A stretch of DNA of 64,000 bases, from the NCBI RefSeq assembly GCF_009914755.1, contig NC_060948.1, one strand, 5' to 3'. Below the pieces are notes generated by a model. The model was given only the letters and a program-made list of their open reading frames with translations. It made no database searches and was not told the origin of the DNA. The stretch comes from the human T2T-CHM13v2.0 reference genome, Homo sapiens. Both the position numbers and the translations under genes were made by a program. Positions 1-14,900 of the stretch are shown piece after piece (positions within the stretch are counted from its first letter, which is position 1; each line of letters opens with the position of its first letter).

Positions 1-1597
1 TGAAATTGAATCAACAGGAATGGAAGGGAATAGAATAGACGGTAATGGAATGGACTCGAATAGAATGGACACGAATGCTCAAATTGAATGGACTCGAATG
101 GAATGGAAACGAAAGGAATGTCATCGAATGGAATTGAATCGATTGGAATGAAATCACAAGAATGGAGTGGAATCAAATGGAATTGAATCGAAAGGAAAGG
201 AAGCGAATGGACTGAAATGAAATGGAATGGAATTGAATGGAAAGTAATGCAATGGAATAGAATGGAACGAAATTTCACGGAATGGAATCAAACTGAATGG
301 AATCAAATCAATGGAATCTAATCAAATGGAATGGAAAGGAATTGAATGGAGTAGATTGGATTGGATGGGATTGGAATGAAATGTACTGGAAAGGACTCGA
401 ATTTCATGAAACGGAATGGAATGAATTGGAACGGAATGGACTCGAATGGAATGGAATGTCATGGAATGGCATCAAATGGAATGGCATCAAATGGAATGGA
501 ATCGAATGCAATGGAATGCTATGGAAAGGAATGGAATGCATTGGAATGGAATGTCCTCTAATGGAATGGATTCGAGTGGAATGGAATCGAATATAATGGA
601 GTCGAATGAAATGGAATTGAAAGGAATGGGATCGAATACAATGGAATATACTGGAATGTAATGTAATGAACTCGAATGTAATTGACTGGAATGGAATGTA
701 CATGAATGGAATGTAATCGAATGGAAAGTAATCCAATGGAATAGAATCTAATGCAATAAAATCGACTCAGATAGAGTAGAATGTAATGGAATGGAGTGCA
801 GTGCAATGGAATGGAATGGAATGGAATGCAATGGAATGGAATGAAATGGAATGGAATGGAATGGAATGGGATGGAATGGATAGTAATGGACTGGAGTGAA
901 ATGGACTGGAAAGGAATGGACTCAAATTGAAAGGGCTCAAAAGGAATGGAGTCAAATGGAATGGTCTGGAATGGAATGAACACGAATGTAATGCAATCCA
1001 ATAGAATGGAATCGAATGGCATGGAATATAAAGAAATGGAATCGAAGAGAATGGAAACAAATGGAATGGAATTGAATGGAATGGAATTGAATGGAATGGG
1101 AACGAATGGAGTGAAATTGTATGCAGTAGAAGGGAATAGAATGGAATGCAAGCGAAAGGAAAGGAATGGATTGGAATGGAATGGAATTCATTGGAATGGA
1201 AGGGAATGTAGTGTAATGGACAGGCCTGGAATAAAGTGGAATGCTACGGTCTCGAATGGAATAAAAATATATGGAATGGAATGCAATGAAACGGAATCGA
1301 ATGTGATAGAATGTAATGGAATGCAAAAAAATGGAATCCAAAATCATTGACTGGAAAGGCTGGGTGTCGAAAGGAATTGACTCCAATGGAATGGAATCGA
1401 ATGGAATGGAAGTGAATAGAATCGAACTAAATCGAATGGAATGGAATTGATAGGAACGGAATGGAAAGGAATGCAATGATTTGGCATGGAATGGAATCGA
1501 ATGGCATCGAATGGAATGGAATGGAATGCAATGGAATGGAATGTATTAGAATGTAATGAACTTTAATGGAATGTACTCGAATGGATTCGACTGGAAT

Positions 1598-1612
1598 GGA
1601 ATGTTCTGGAAG
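1598..1612. promoter_or_regulatory. Perfect heat-shock element motif HSE-1 (recurs in all 16 DYZ1 units)
   Basis: gGAAtgTTCtgGAAg matches nGAAnnTTCnnGAAn. Motif match only; binding is not shown. Confidence 0.55.
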
Positions 1613-1877
1613 TGAATGGACTCCAATGGAATGGATTCAAAAGGAATGGAATCGTACGGAATGGAATCTAATGGAATGGAATTAAATGGAAATGAATCAA
1701 ATTGAATAGCACGGAATTGAATTGAATGGAATGGAATGCAATGGAATCTAATGAAACGGAAAGGAAAGGAATGGAATGGAATGGAATGGGCTGGAATGGA
1801 AAGGAATCGAAACGATTGGAATGGAATCGAACTGAAGAGACTGGAATGGAATGCACTGGAATGGAAGGGAATGTAAT

Positions 1878-1892
1878 GGAAGGTTCTCGAAA
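1878..1892. promoter_or_regulatory. Perfect heat-shock element motif HSE-2 (intact in 11 of 16 DYZ1 units)
   Basis: gGAAggTTCtcGAAa matches nGAAnnTTCnnGAAn. Motif match only. Confidence 0.55.
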
Positions 1893-2903
1893 AAAATGGA
1901 ATCGAATGGAATGGAATTGAATGGAACGGAATAGAGTCGAATGGAATTGAATGGAATGGAATGGACTAGAGTGAAATGGAATCGAACCAAAAGGAATGGA
2001 CAGGAATAGAATGGTCTCGAATTGAATGGAATCGTATGGAATGGCATCAAACGGAATGGAATGGACAGCCACGGAATGGAATGCACTCGAATGCAATGGA
2101 GTCGAAACTAATGGACTGGAATAGAATGGACTCGACTGGTACGGACTCCAATGGAATGGAATCGAATGGAAGGGAATCGAACGCAATGGACTCGAAGGGA
2201 AAAGACTGCAATGGAAAGGTCTCGAATGGAATGGAAATTAATGGAATGGAATGGAATCGAATGAAATGGAGTCAAAAGGAATGGAATCGAATGGCAAGAA
2301 ATCGAATGTAATGGAATCGCAAGGAATTGATGTGAACGGAACGGAATGGAATGGAATCCAAAGAAATGGAATAGAATGGAATGGAATCGAATGGAAAGAA
2401 CTCGAATGGAAATCACTCGAATAGAATGCAATTTAATAAAATAGGATCAAATGTAATGGAATGGAATGGAAAGGAATCGAAACGAAAGGAATGGAGACAG
2501 ATGGAATGGAATGGAACAGAGAGCAATGGTATAGAATGGAATGGAATCATCTGGAATGGAATTGAATGGAATGGAATAATATGAAATAGAAAGGAATGGA
2601 ATGGAATGGAATGCCCTTGAATTAAATGGACTGGAATGGAATGGACTCGAACAGAGTGGAATGGAAAGTGTTGAGATAGAATGGAATGGACTCCTTTGGA
2701 ATGGTCTAGTATGCAATGCAATCGACTGGCAGGGAATCAAAAGGAATGTAATGGAATGGATTGGACTGGAATGCAATGGACTCGAATAGATTGGAAACGT
2801 AATGCCAAGGAATGGAATGGAATAGTATGGAATGGAATGGAAAGGAATGGAGTGGAATAGACTAGAGTGGAATGGAATGGACTGGAAAGCAATGGACTGG
2901 AAT

Positions 2904-2918
2904 GGAACTTTCTTGAAT
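2904..2918. promoter_or_regulatory. Perfect heat-shock element motif HSE-3 (recurs in all 16 DYZ1 units)
   Basis: gGAActTTCttGAAt matches nGAAnnTTCnnGAAn. Motif match only. Confidence 0.55.
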
Positions 2919-5900
2919 GGACTGGAATCAAACGGAATGGAATGCAATGCAATCAAATGGCATGGAATAAAATAGAATGAAAGAGAATCAAATGGAATTG
3001 AATCGAATGGAATCGAATGGATTGGAAAGGAATAGAATGGAATGGAATGGAATTGACTCAAATGGAATGGACTAGAATGGAATGGATTCGAATGGAAGGC
3101 AAAGGAATGGAATCTATTGGAATGGACTGTAATGGAATGGAATGGAAGGGATTGGAATGGACTCGAATGGAATGGACTGCAATAGAAAGGATTCGAATGG
3201 AATGAAAAAGAATTGAATGGAATAGAACAGAATGGAATCAAATCGAATGAAATGGAATGGAATAGAAAGGAATGGAATGAAATGGAATGGAAAGGATTTG
3301 AATGGAATGCAATCGAATGAAATGGAATCGAACGGAATGGAATAAAATGGAAGAAAACTGGCAAGAAATGGAATCGAAATGAATGGAGTGTTATGGAACG
3401 GACTCAAAAGGAATTGAATGTAATAGAATGGAGTGGAGTGGACTCGAATATAATGGACTGGAATGGAATGAAATCACATGGAATGGGAACGAATGGAATG
3501 GAATGGAAAGGAATGGAATCGAATGGAAAGGAATCGAATGGAAGGGAATGAAATTGAATCAACAGGAATGGAAGGGAATAGAATAGACGGTAATGGAATG
3601 GACACGAATGCTCAAATTGAATGGACTCGAATGGAATGGAAACGAAAGGAATGTCATCGAATGGAATTGAATCGATTGGAATAAAATCGCATAGAATGGA
3701 GTGGAATCAAATGGAATTGAATCGAAAGGAAAGGAAGCGAATGGACTGAAATGAAATGGAATGGAATTGAATGGAAAGTAATGCAATGGAATAGAATGGA
3801 ACGAAATTTCACGGAATGGAATCAAACTGAATGGAATCAAATCAATGGAATCAAATCAAATGGAATGGAAAGGAATTGAATGGAGTAGATTGGATTGGAT
3901 GGGATTGGAATGAAATGTACTGGAAAGGACTCGAATTTCATGAAACGGAATGGAATGAATTGGAACGGAATGGACTCGAATGGAATGGAATGTCATGGAA
4001 TGGCATCAAATGGAATGGCATCAAATGGAATGGAATCGAATGCAATGGAATGCTATGGAATGGAATGGAATGCATTGGAATGGAATGTCCTCTAATGGAA
4101 TGGATTCGAGTGGAATGGAATCGAATATAATGGAGTCGAATGAAATGGAATTGAAAGGAATGGGACCGAATACAATGGAATACACTGGAATGTAATGTAA
4201 TGAACTCGAATGTAATTGACTGGAATGGAATGTACATGAATGGAATGTAATCGAATGGAAAGTAATTCAATGGAATAGAATTTAATGCAATAAAATCGAC
4301 TCAGATAGAGTAGAATGTAATGGAATGGAGTGCAGTGCAATGGAATGGAATGGAATGGAATGCAATGGAATGGAATGCAATGGAATGGAATGGGATGGAA
4401 TGGGATGGAATGGATAGTAATGGACTGGAGTGAAATGGACTGGAAAGGAATGGACTCAAATTGAAAGGGCTCGAAAGGAATGGAGACAAATGGAATGGTC
4501 TGGAATGGAATGAACACGAATGTAATGCAATCCAATAGAATGGAATCGAATGGCATGGAATATAAAGAAATGGAATCGAAGAGAATGGAAACAAATGGAA
4601 TGGAATTGAATGGAATGGAATTGAATGGAATGGGAACGAATGGAGTGAAATTGTATGCAGTAGAGGAGAATAGAATGGAATGCAAGCGAAAGGAAAGGAA
4701 TGGATTGGAATGGAATGGAATTCATTGGAATGGAAGGGAATGTAGTGTAATGGACAGGCCTGGAATAAAGTGGAATGCTACGGTCTCGAATGGAATAAAA
4801 ATGTATGGAATGGAATGCAATGAAACAGAATCGAATGTCATAGAATGTAATGGAATGCAAAAAAATGGAATCCGAAATCATTGACTGGAAAGGCTGGGTG
4901 TCGAAAGGAATTGACTCCAATGGAATGGAATCGAATGGAATGGAAGTGAATAGAATCGAACTAAATCGAATGGAATGGAATTGATAGGAACGGAATGGAA
5001 AGGAATGCAATGATTTGGCATGGAATGGAATCGAATGGCATCGAATGGAATGGAATGGAATGCAATGGAATGGAATGTATTAGAATGTAATGAACTTTAA
5101 TGGAATGTACTCGAATGGATTCGACTGGAATGGAATGTTCTGGAAGTGAATGGACTCCAATGGAATGGATTCAAAAGGAATGGAATCGTACGGAATGGAA
5201 TCTAATGGAATGGAATTCAATGGAAATGAATCAAATTGAATAGCACGGAATTGAATTGAATGGAATGGAATGCAATGGAATCTAATGAAACGGAAAGGAA
5301 AGGAATGCAATGGAATGGCATGGGCTGGAATGGAAAGGAATCGAAACGAATGGAATGGAATCGAACTGAAGAGACTGGAATGGAATGCACTGGAATGGAA
5401 GGGAGTGTAATGGAAGGTTCTCGAAAAAAATGGAATCGAATGGAATGGAATTGAATGGAACGGAATAGAGTCGAATGGAATTGAATGGAATGGAATGGAC
5501 TAGAGTGAAATGGAATCGAACCACAAGGAATGGACAGGAATAGAATGGTCTCGAATTGAATGGAATCGTATGGAATGGCATCAAACGGAATGGAATGGAC
5601 AGCCACGGAATGGAATGCACTCGAATGCAATGGAGTCGAAACTAATGGACTGGAATAGAATGGACTCGACTGGTACGGACTCCAATGGAATGGAATCGAA
5701 TGGAAGGGAATCGAACGGAATGGACTCGAAGGGAAAAGACTGCAATGGAAAGGTCTCGAATGGAATGGAAATTAATGGAATGGAATGGAATCGAATGAAA
5801 TGGAGTCAAAAGGAATGGAATCGAATGGCAAGAAATCGAATGTAATGGAATCGCAAGGAATTGATGTGAACGGAACGGAATGGAATGGAATCCAAAGGAA

Positions 5901-8900
5901 TGGAATAGAATGGAATGGAATCGAATGGAAACGACTCGAATGGAAATCACTCGAATAGAATGCAATTTAATAAAATAGGATGAAATGGAATGGAATGGAA
6001 TGGAAAGGAATCGAAACGAAAGGAATGGAGACAGATGGAATGGAATGGAACAGAGAGCAATGGTATAGAATGGAATGGAATCATCTGGAATGGAATTGAA
6101 TGGAATGGAATAATATGAAATGGAATGGAATGGAATGCCCTTGAATTAAATGGACTGGACTCGAACAGAGTGGAATGGAAAGTGTTGAGATAGAATGGAA
6201 TGGACTCCTTTGGAATGGTCTAGTATGCAATGCAATCGACTGGCAGGGAATCAAAAGGAATGTAATGGAATGGATTGGACTGGAATGCAATGGACTCGAA
6301 TAGATTGGAAACGGAATGCCAAGGAATGGAATGGAATAGTATGGAATGGAATGGAAAGGAATGGAGTGGAATAGACTAGAGTGGAATGGAATGGAATGGA
6401 AAGCAATGGACTGGAATGGAACTTTCTTGAATGGACTGGAATCAAACGGAATGGAATGCAATGCAATCAAATGGCATGGAATAAAATAGAATGAAAGAGA
6501 ATCAAACGGAATTGAATCGAATGGAATCGAATGGATTGGAAAGGAATAGAATGGAATGGAATGGAATTGACTCAAATGGAATGGACTAGAATGGAATGGA
6601 TTCGAATGGAAGGCAAAGGAATGGAATCTATTGGAATGGACTGTAATGGAATGGAATGGAAGGGATTGGAATGGACTCGAATGGAATGGACTGCAATAGA
6701 AAGGATTCGAATGGAATGAAAAAGAATTGAATGGAATAGAACAGAATGGAATCAAATCGAATGAAATGGAATGGAATAGAAAGGAATGGAATGAAATGGA
6801 ATGGAAAGGATTCGAATGGAATGCAATCGAATGGAATGGAATCGAACGGAATGGAATAAAATGGAAGAAAACTGGCAAGAAATGGAATCGAAATGAATGG
6901 AGTGTTATGGAACGGACTCAAAAGGAATTGAATGTAATAGAATGGAGTGGAGAGGACTCGAATATAATGGACTGGAATGGAATGAAATCACATGGAATGG
7001 GAACGAATGGAATGGAATGGAAAGGAATGGAATCGAATGGAAAGGAATCGAATGGAAGGGAATGAAATTGAATCAACAGGAATGGAAGGGAATAGAATAG
7101 ACGGTAATGGAATGGACTCGAATAGAATGGACACGAATGCTCAAATTGAATGGACTCGAATGGAATGGAAACGAAAGGAATGTCATCGAATGGAATTGAA
7201 TCGATTGGAATGAAATCGCATAGAATGGAGTGGAATCAAATGGAATTGAATCGAAAGGAAAGGAAGCGAATGGACTGAAATGAAATGGAATGGAATTGAA
7301 TGGAAAGTAATGCAATGGAATAGAAGGGAACGAAATTTCACGGAATGGAATCAAACTGAATGGAATCAAATCAATGGAATCAAATCAAATGGAATGGAAA
7401 GGAATGGAATGGAGTAGATTGGATTGGATGGGATTGGAATGAAATGTACTGGAAAGGACTCGAATTTCATGAAACGGAATGGAATGAATTGGAACGGAAT
7501 GGACTCGAATGGAATGGAATGTCATGGAATGGCATCAAATGGAATGGCATCAAATGGAATGGAATCGAATGCAATGGAATGCTATGGAATGGAATGGAAT
7601 GCATTGGAATGGAATGTCCTCTAATGGAATGGATTCGAGTGGAATGGAATCGAATATAATGGAGTCGAATGAAATGGAATTGAAAGGAATGGGACCGAAT
7701 ACAATGGAATATACTGGAATGTAATGTAATGAACTCGAATGTAATTGACTGGAATGGAATGTACATGAATGGAATGTAATCGAATGGAAAGTAATCCAAT
7801 GGAATAGAATCTAATGCAATAAAATCGACTCAGATAGAGTAGAATGTAATGGAATGGAGTGCAGTGCAATGGAATGGAATGGAATGGAATGCAATGGAAT
7901 GGAATGGAATGGAATGGAATGGAATGGAATGGAATGGGATGGAATGGTATGGAATGGATAGTAATGGACTGGAGTGAAATGGACTGGAAAGGAATGGACT
8001 AAAATTGAAAGGGCTCGAAAGGAATGGAGACAAATGGAATGGTCTGGAATGGAATGAACACGAATGTAATGCAATCCAATAGAATGGAGTCGAATGGCAT
8101 GGAATATAAAGAAATGGAATCGAAGAGAATGGAAACAAATGGAATGGAATTGAATGGAATGGAATTGAATGGAATGGGAACGAATGGAGTGAAATTGTAT
8201 GCAGTAGAAGAGAATAGAATGGAATGCAAGCGAAAGGAAAGGAATGGATTGGAATGGAATGGAATTCATTGGAATGGAAGGGAATGTAGTGTAATGGACA
8301 GACCTGGAATAAAGTGGAATGCTACGGTCTCGAATGGAATAAAAATGTATGGAATGGAATGCAATGAAACGGAATCGAATGTCATAGAATGTAATGGAAT
8401 GCAAAAAAATGGAATCCAAAATCATTGACTGGAAAGGCTGGGTGTCGAAAGGAATTGACTCCAATGGAATGGAATCGAATGGAATGGAAGTGAATAGAAT
8501 CGAACTAAATCGAATGGAATGGAATTGATAGGAACGGAATGGAAAGGAATGCAATGATTTGGCATGGAATGGAATCGAATGGCATCGAATGGAATGGAAT
8601 GGAATGCAATGGAATGGAATATATTAGAATGTAATGAACTTTAATGGAATGTACTCGAATGGATTCGACTGGAATGGAATGTTCTGGAAGTGAATGGACT
8701 CCAATGGAATGGATTCAAAAGGAATGGAATCGTACGGAATGGAATCTAATGGAATGGAATTCAATGGAAATGAATCAAATTGAATAGCACGGAATTGAAT
8801 TGAATGGAATGGAATGCAATGGAATCTAATGAAACGGAAAGGAAAGGAATGGAATGGAATGGAATGGGCTGGAATGGAAAGGAATCGAAACGAATGGAAT

Positions 8901-11900
8901 GGAATCGAACTGAAGAGACTGGAATGGAATGCACTGGAATGGAAGGGAGTGTAATGGAAGGTTCTCGAAAAAAATGGAATCGAATGGAATGGAATTGAAT
9001 GGAACGGAATAGAGTCGAATGGAATTGAATGGAATGGAATGGACTAGAGTGAAATGGAATCGAACCACAAGGAATGGACAGGAATAGAATGGTCTCGAAT
9101 TGAATGGAATCGTATGGAATGGCATCAAACGGAATGGAATGGACAGCCACGGAATGGAATGCACTCGAATGCAATGGAGTCGAAACTAATGGACTGGAAT
9201 AGAATGGACTCGACTGGTACGGACTCCAATGGAATGGAATCGAATGGAAGGGAATCGAACGGAATGGACTCGAAGGGAAAAGACTGCAATGGAAAGGTCT
9301 CGAATGGAATGGAAATTAATGGAATGGAATGGAATCGAATGAAATGGAGTCAAAAGGAATGGAATCGAATGGCAAGAAATCGAATGTAATGGAATCGCAA
9401 GGAATTGATGTGAACGGAACGGAATGGAATGGAATCCAAAGGAATGGAATAGAATGGAATGGAATCGAATGGAAAGGACTCGAATGGAAATCACTCGAAT
9501 AGAATGCAATTTAATACAATAGGATCAAATGTAATGGAATGGAATGGAAAGGAATCGAAACGAAAGGAATGGAGACAGATGGAATGGAATGGAACAGAGA
9601 GCAATGGTATAGAATGGAATGGAATCATCTGGAATGGAATTGAATGGAATGGAATAATATGAAATGGAATGGAATGGAATGGAATGGAATGCCCTTGAAT
9701 TAAATGGACTGGAATGGAATGGACTCGAACAGAGTGGAATGGAAAGTGTTGAGATAGAATGGAATGGACTCCTTTGGAATGGTGTAGTATGCAATGCAAT
9801 CGACTGGCAGGGAATCAAAAGGAATGTAATCGAATGGATTGGACTGGAATGCAATGGACTCGAATAGATTGGAAACGGAATGCAAAGGAATGGAATGGAA
9901 TAGTATGGAATGGAATGGAAAGGAATGGAGTGGAATAGACTAGAGTGGAATGGAATGGACTGTAAAGCAATGGAGTGGAATGGAACTTTCTTGAATGGAC
10001 TGGAATCAAGCGGAATGGAATGCAATGCAATCAAATGGCATGGAATAAAATAGAATGAAAGAGAATCAAATGGAATTGAATCGAATGGAATCGAATGGAT
10101 TGGAAAGGAATAGAATGGAATGGAATGGAATGGAATTGACTCAAATGGAATGGACTAGAATGGAATGGATTCGAATGGAAGGCAAAGGAATGGAATCTAT
10201 TGGAATGGACTGTAATGGAATGGAATGGAAGGGATTGGAATGGACTCGAATGGAATGGACTGCAATAGAAAGGATTCGAATGGAATGAAAAAGAATTGAA
10301 TGGAATAGAACAGAATGGAGTCAAATCGAATGAAATGGAATGGAATAGAAAGGAATGGAATGAAATGGAATGGAAAGGATTCGAATGGAATGCAATCGAA
10401 TGGAATGGAATCGAACGGAATGGAATAAAATGGAAGAAAACTGGCAAGAAATGGAATCGAAATGAATGGAGTGTTATGGAACGGACTCCAAAGGAATTGA
10501 ATGTAATAGAATGGAGTGGAGTGGACTCGAATATAATGGACTGGAATGGAATGAAATCACATGGAATGGGAACGAATGGAATGGAATGGAAAGGAATGGA
10601 ATCGAATGGAAAGGAATCGAATGGAAGGGAATGAAATTGAATCAACAGGAATGGAAGGGAATAGAATAGACGGTAATGGAATGGACTCGAATAGAATGGA
10701 CACGAATGCTCAAATTGAATGGACTCGAATGGAATGGAAACGAAAGGAATGTCATCGAATGGAATTGAATCGATTGGAATGAAATCACAAGAATGGAGTG
10801 GAATCAAATGGAATTGAATCGAAAGGAAAGGAAGCGAATGGACTGAAATGAAATGGAGTGGAATTGAATGGAAAATAATGCAATGGAATAGAATGGAACG
10901 AAATTTCACGGAATGGAATCAAACTGAATGGAATCAAATCAATGGAATCTAATCAAATGGAATGGAAAGGAATTGAATGGAGTAGATTGGATTGGATGGG
11001 ATTGGAATGAAATGTACTGGAAAGGACTCGAATTTCATGAAACGGAATGGAATGAATTGGAACGGAATGGACTCGAATGGAATGGAATGTCATGGAATGG
11101 CATCAAATGGAATGGCATCAAATGGAATGGAATCGAATGCAATGGAATGCTATGGAATGGAATGGAATGCATTGGAATGGAATGTCCTCTAATGGAATGG
11201 ATTCGAGTGGAATGGAATCGAATATAATGGAGTCGAATGAAATGGAATTGAAAGGAATGGGATCGAATACAATGGAATATACTGGAATGTAATGTAATGA
11301 ACTCGAATGTAATTGACTGGAATGGAATGTACATGAATGTAATGTAATCGAATGGAAAGTAATCCAATGGAATAGAATCTAATGCAATAAAATCGACTCA
11401 GATAGAGTAGAATGTAATGGAATGGAGTGCAGTGCAATGGAATGGAATGGAATGGAATGCAATGGAAAGGAATGGAATGCAATGGAATTGAATGGAATGG
11501 AATGGAATGGAATGGAATGGAATGGGATGGAATGGTATGGAATGGATAGTAATGGACTGGAATGAAATGGACTGGAAAAGAATGGACTCAAATTGAAAGG
11601 GCTCGAAAGGAATGGAGTCAAATGGAATGGTCTGGAATGGAATGAACACGAATGTAATGCAATCCAATAGAATGGAATCGAATGGCATGGAATATAAAGA
11701 AATGGAATCGAAGAGAATGGAAACAAATGGAATGGAATTGAATGGAATGGAATTGAATGGAATGGGAACGAATGGAGTGAAATTGTATGCAGTAGAAGAG
11801 AATAGAATGGAATGCAAGCGAAAGGAAAGGAATGGATTGCAATGGAATGGAATTCATTGGAATGGAAGGGAATGTAGTGTAATGGACAGGCCTGGAATAA

Positions 11901-14900
11901 AGTGGAACGCTACGGTCTCGAATGGAATAAAAATGTATGGAATGGAATGCAATGAAACGGAATCGAATGTCATAGAATGTAATGGAATGCAAAAAAATGG
12001 AATCCAAAATCATTGACTGGAAAGGCTGGGTGTCGAAAGGAATTGACTCCAATGGAATGGAATCGAATGGAATGGAAGTGAATAGAATCGAACTAAGTCG
12101 AATGGAATGGAATTGATAGGAACGGAATGGAAAGGAATGCAATGATTTGGCATGCAATGGAATCGAATGGCATCGAATGGAATGGAATGGAATGCAATGG
12201 AATGGAATATATTAGAATGTAATGAACATTAATGGAATGTACTCGAATGGATTCGACTGGAATGGAATGTTCTGGAAGTGAATGGACTCCAATGGAATGG
12301 ATTCGAAAGGAATGGAATCGAACGGAATGGAATCTAATGGAATGGAATTAAATGGAAATGAATCAAATTGAATAGCACGGAATTGAATTGAATGGAATCG
12401 AATGCAATGGAATCTAATGAAACGGAAAGGAAAGGAATGGAATGGAATGGAATGGGCTGGAATGGAAAGGAATCGAAACGAATGGAATGGAATCGAACTG
12501 AAGAGAGTGGAATGGAATGCACTGGAATGGAAGGGAGTGTAATGGAAGGTTCTCGAAAATAATGGAATCGAATGGAATGGAATTGAATGGAACGGAATAG
12601 AGTCAAATGGAATTGAATGGAATGGAATGGACTAGAGTGAAATGGAATCGAACCACAAGGAATGAACAGGAATAGAATGGTCTCGAATTTAATGGAATCG
12701 TATGGAATGGCATCAAACGGAATGGAATGGACAGCCACGGAATGGAATGCACTCGAATGCAATGGAGTCGAAACTTATGGACTGGAATAGAATGGACTCG
12801 ACTGGTACGGACTCCAATGGAATGGAATCGAATGGAAGGGATTCGAACGGAATGGACTCGAAGGGAAAAGACTGCAATGGAAAGGTCTCGAATGGAATGG
12901 AATGGAATCGAATGAAATGGAGTCAAAAGGAATGGAATCGAATGGCAAGAAATCGAATGTAATGGAATCGCAAGGAATTGATGTGAACGGAACGGAATGG
13001 AATGGAATCCAAAGGAATGGAATAGAATGGAATGGAATCGAATGGAAAGGACTCGAATGGAAATCACTCGAGTAGAATGCAATTTAATAAAATAGGATCA
13101 AATGTAATGGAATGGAATGGAAAGGAATCGAAACGAAAGGAATGGAGACAGATGGAATGGAATGGAACAGAGAGCAATGGTATAGAATGGAATGGAATCA
13201 TCTGGAATGGAATTGAATGGAATGGAATAATATGAAATGGAATGGAATGGAATGGAATGGAATGCCCTTGAATTAAATGGACTGGAATGGAATGGACTCG
13301 AACAGAGTGGAATGGAAAGTGTTGAGATAGAATGGAATGGACTCCTTTGGAATGGTGTAGTATGCAATGCAATCGACTGGCAGGGAATCAAAAGGAATGT
13401 AATCGAATGGATTCTACTGGAATGCAATGGACTCGAATAGATTGGAAACGGAATGCAAAGGAATGGAATGGAATAGTATGGAATGGAATGGAAAGGAATG
13501 GAGTGGAATAGACTAGAGTGGAATGGAATGGACTGGAAAGCAATGGACTGGAATGGAACTTTCTTGAATGGACTGGAATCAAACGGAATGGAATGCAATG
13601 CAATCAAATGGCATGGAATAAAATAGAATGAAAGAGAATCAAATGGAATTGAATCGAATGGAATCGAATGGATTGGAAAGGAATAGAATGGAATGGAATG
13701 GAATTGACTCAAATGGAATGGACTAGAATGGAATGGATTCGAATGGAAGGCAAAGGAATGGAATCTATTGGAATGGACTGTAATGGAATGGAATGGAAGG
13801 GATTGGAATGGACTCGAATGGAATGGACTGCAATAGAAAGGATTCGAATGGAATGAAAAAGAATTGAATGGAATAGAACAGAATGGAATCAAATCGAATG
13901 AAATGGAATGGAATAGAAAGGAATGGAATGAAATGGAATGGAAAGGATTCGAATGGAATGCAATCGAATGGAATGGAATCGAACGGAATGGAATAAAATG
14001 GAAGAAAACTGGCAAGAAATGGAATCGAAATGAATGGAGTGTTATGGAACGGACTCAAAAGGAATTGAATGTAATAGAATGGAGTGGAGTGGACTCGAAT
14101 ATAATGGACTGGAATGGAATGAAATCACATGGAATGGGAACGAATGGAATGGAATGGAAAGGAATGGAATCGAATGGAAAGGAATCGAATGGAAGGGAAT
14201 GAAATTGAATCAACAGGAATGGAAGGGAATAGAATAGACGGTAATGGAATGGACTCGAATAGAATGGACACGAATGCTCAAATTGAATGGACTCGAATGG
14301 AATGGAAACGAAAGGAATGTCATCGAATGGAATTGAATCGATTGGAATGAAATCGCATAGAATGGAGTGGAATCAAATGGAATTGAATCGAAAGGAAAGG
14401 AAGCGAATGGACTGAAATGAAATGGAATGGAATTGAATGGAAAGTAATGCAATGGAATAGAATGGAACGAAATTTCACGGAATGGAATCAAACTGAATGG
14501 AATCAAATCAATGGAATCTAATCAAATGGAATGGAAAGGAATTGAATGGAGTAGATTGGATTGGATGGGATTGGAATGAAATGTACTGGAAAGGACTCGA
14601 ATTTCATGAAACGGAATGGAATGAATTGGAACGGAATGGACTCGAATGGAATGGAATGTCATGGAATGGCATCAAATGGAATGGCATCAAATGGAATGGA
14701 ATCGAATGCAATGGAATGCTATGGAATGGAATGGAATGCATTGGAATGGAATGTCCTCTAATGGAATGGATGCGAGTGGAATGGAATCGAATATAATGGA
14801 GTCGAATGAAATGGAATTGAAAGGAATGGGACCGAATACAATGGAATATACTGGAATGTAATGTAATGAACTCGAATGTAATTGACTGGAATGGAATGTA

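Noticed and set aside
1-15. The window starts in almost the same DYZ1 register as the junction (tgaaattgaat at 1 and at 56736)
   Set aside because: The window start is arbitrary, so this is a coincidence with no biological meaning.
300-325. DUX4-like motifs gaatcaaatca / gaatctaatca
   Set aside because: They lack the leading TAA of the TAAYYYAATCA consensus, vary between units (cta/caa/ata) and arise easily from GAATC pentamers.
888-2880. Possible ancient sub-repeat within DYZ1 (ggactggagtgaaatgg at 888, ggactagagtgaaatgg at 1963, actagagtgg at 2861)
   Set aside because: The similarity does not visibly extend beyond ~17 bp in a low-complexity background. A pentamer-encoded dot plot would be needed to support it.
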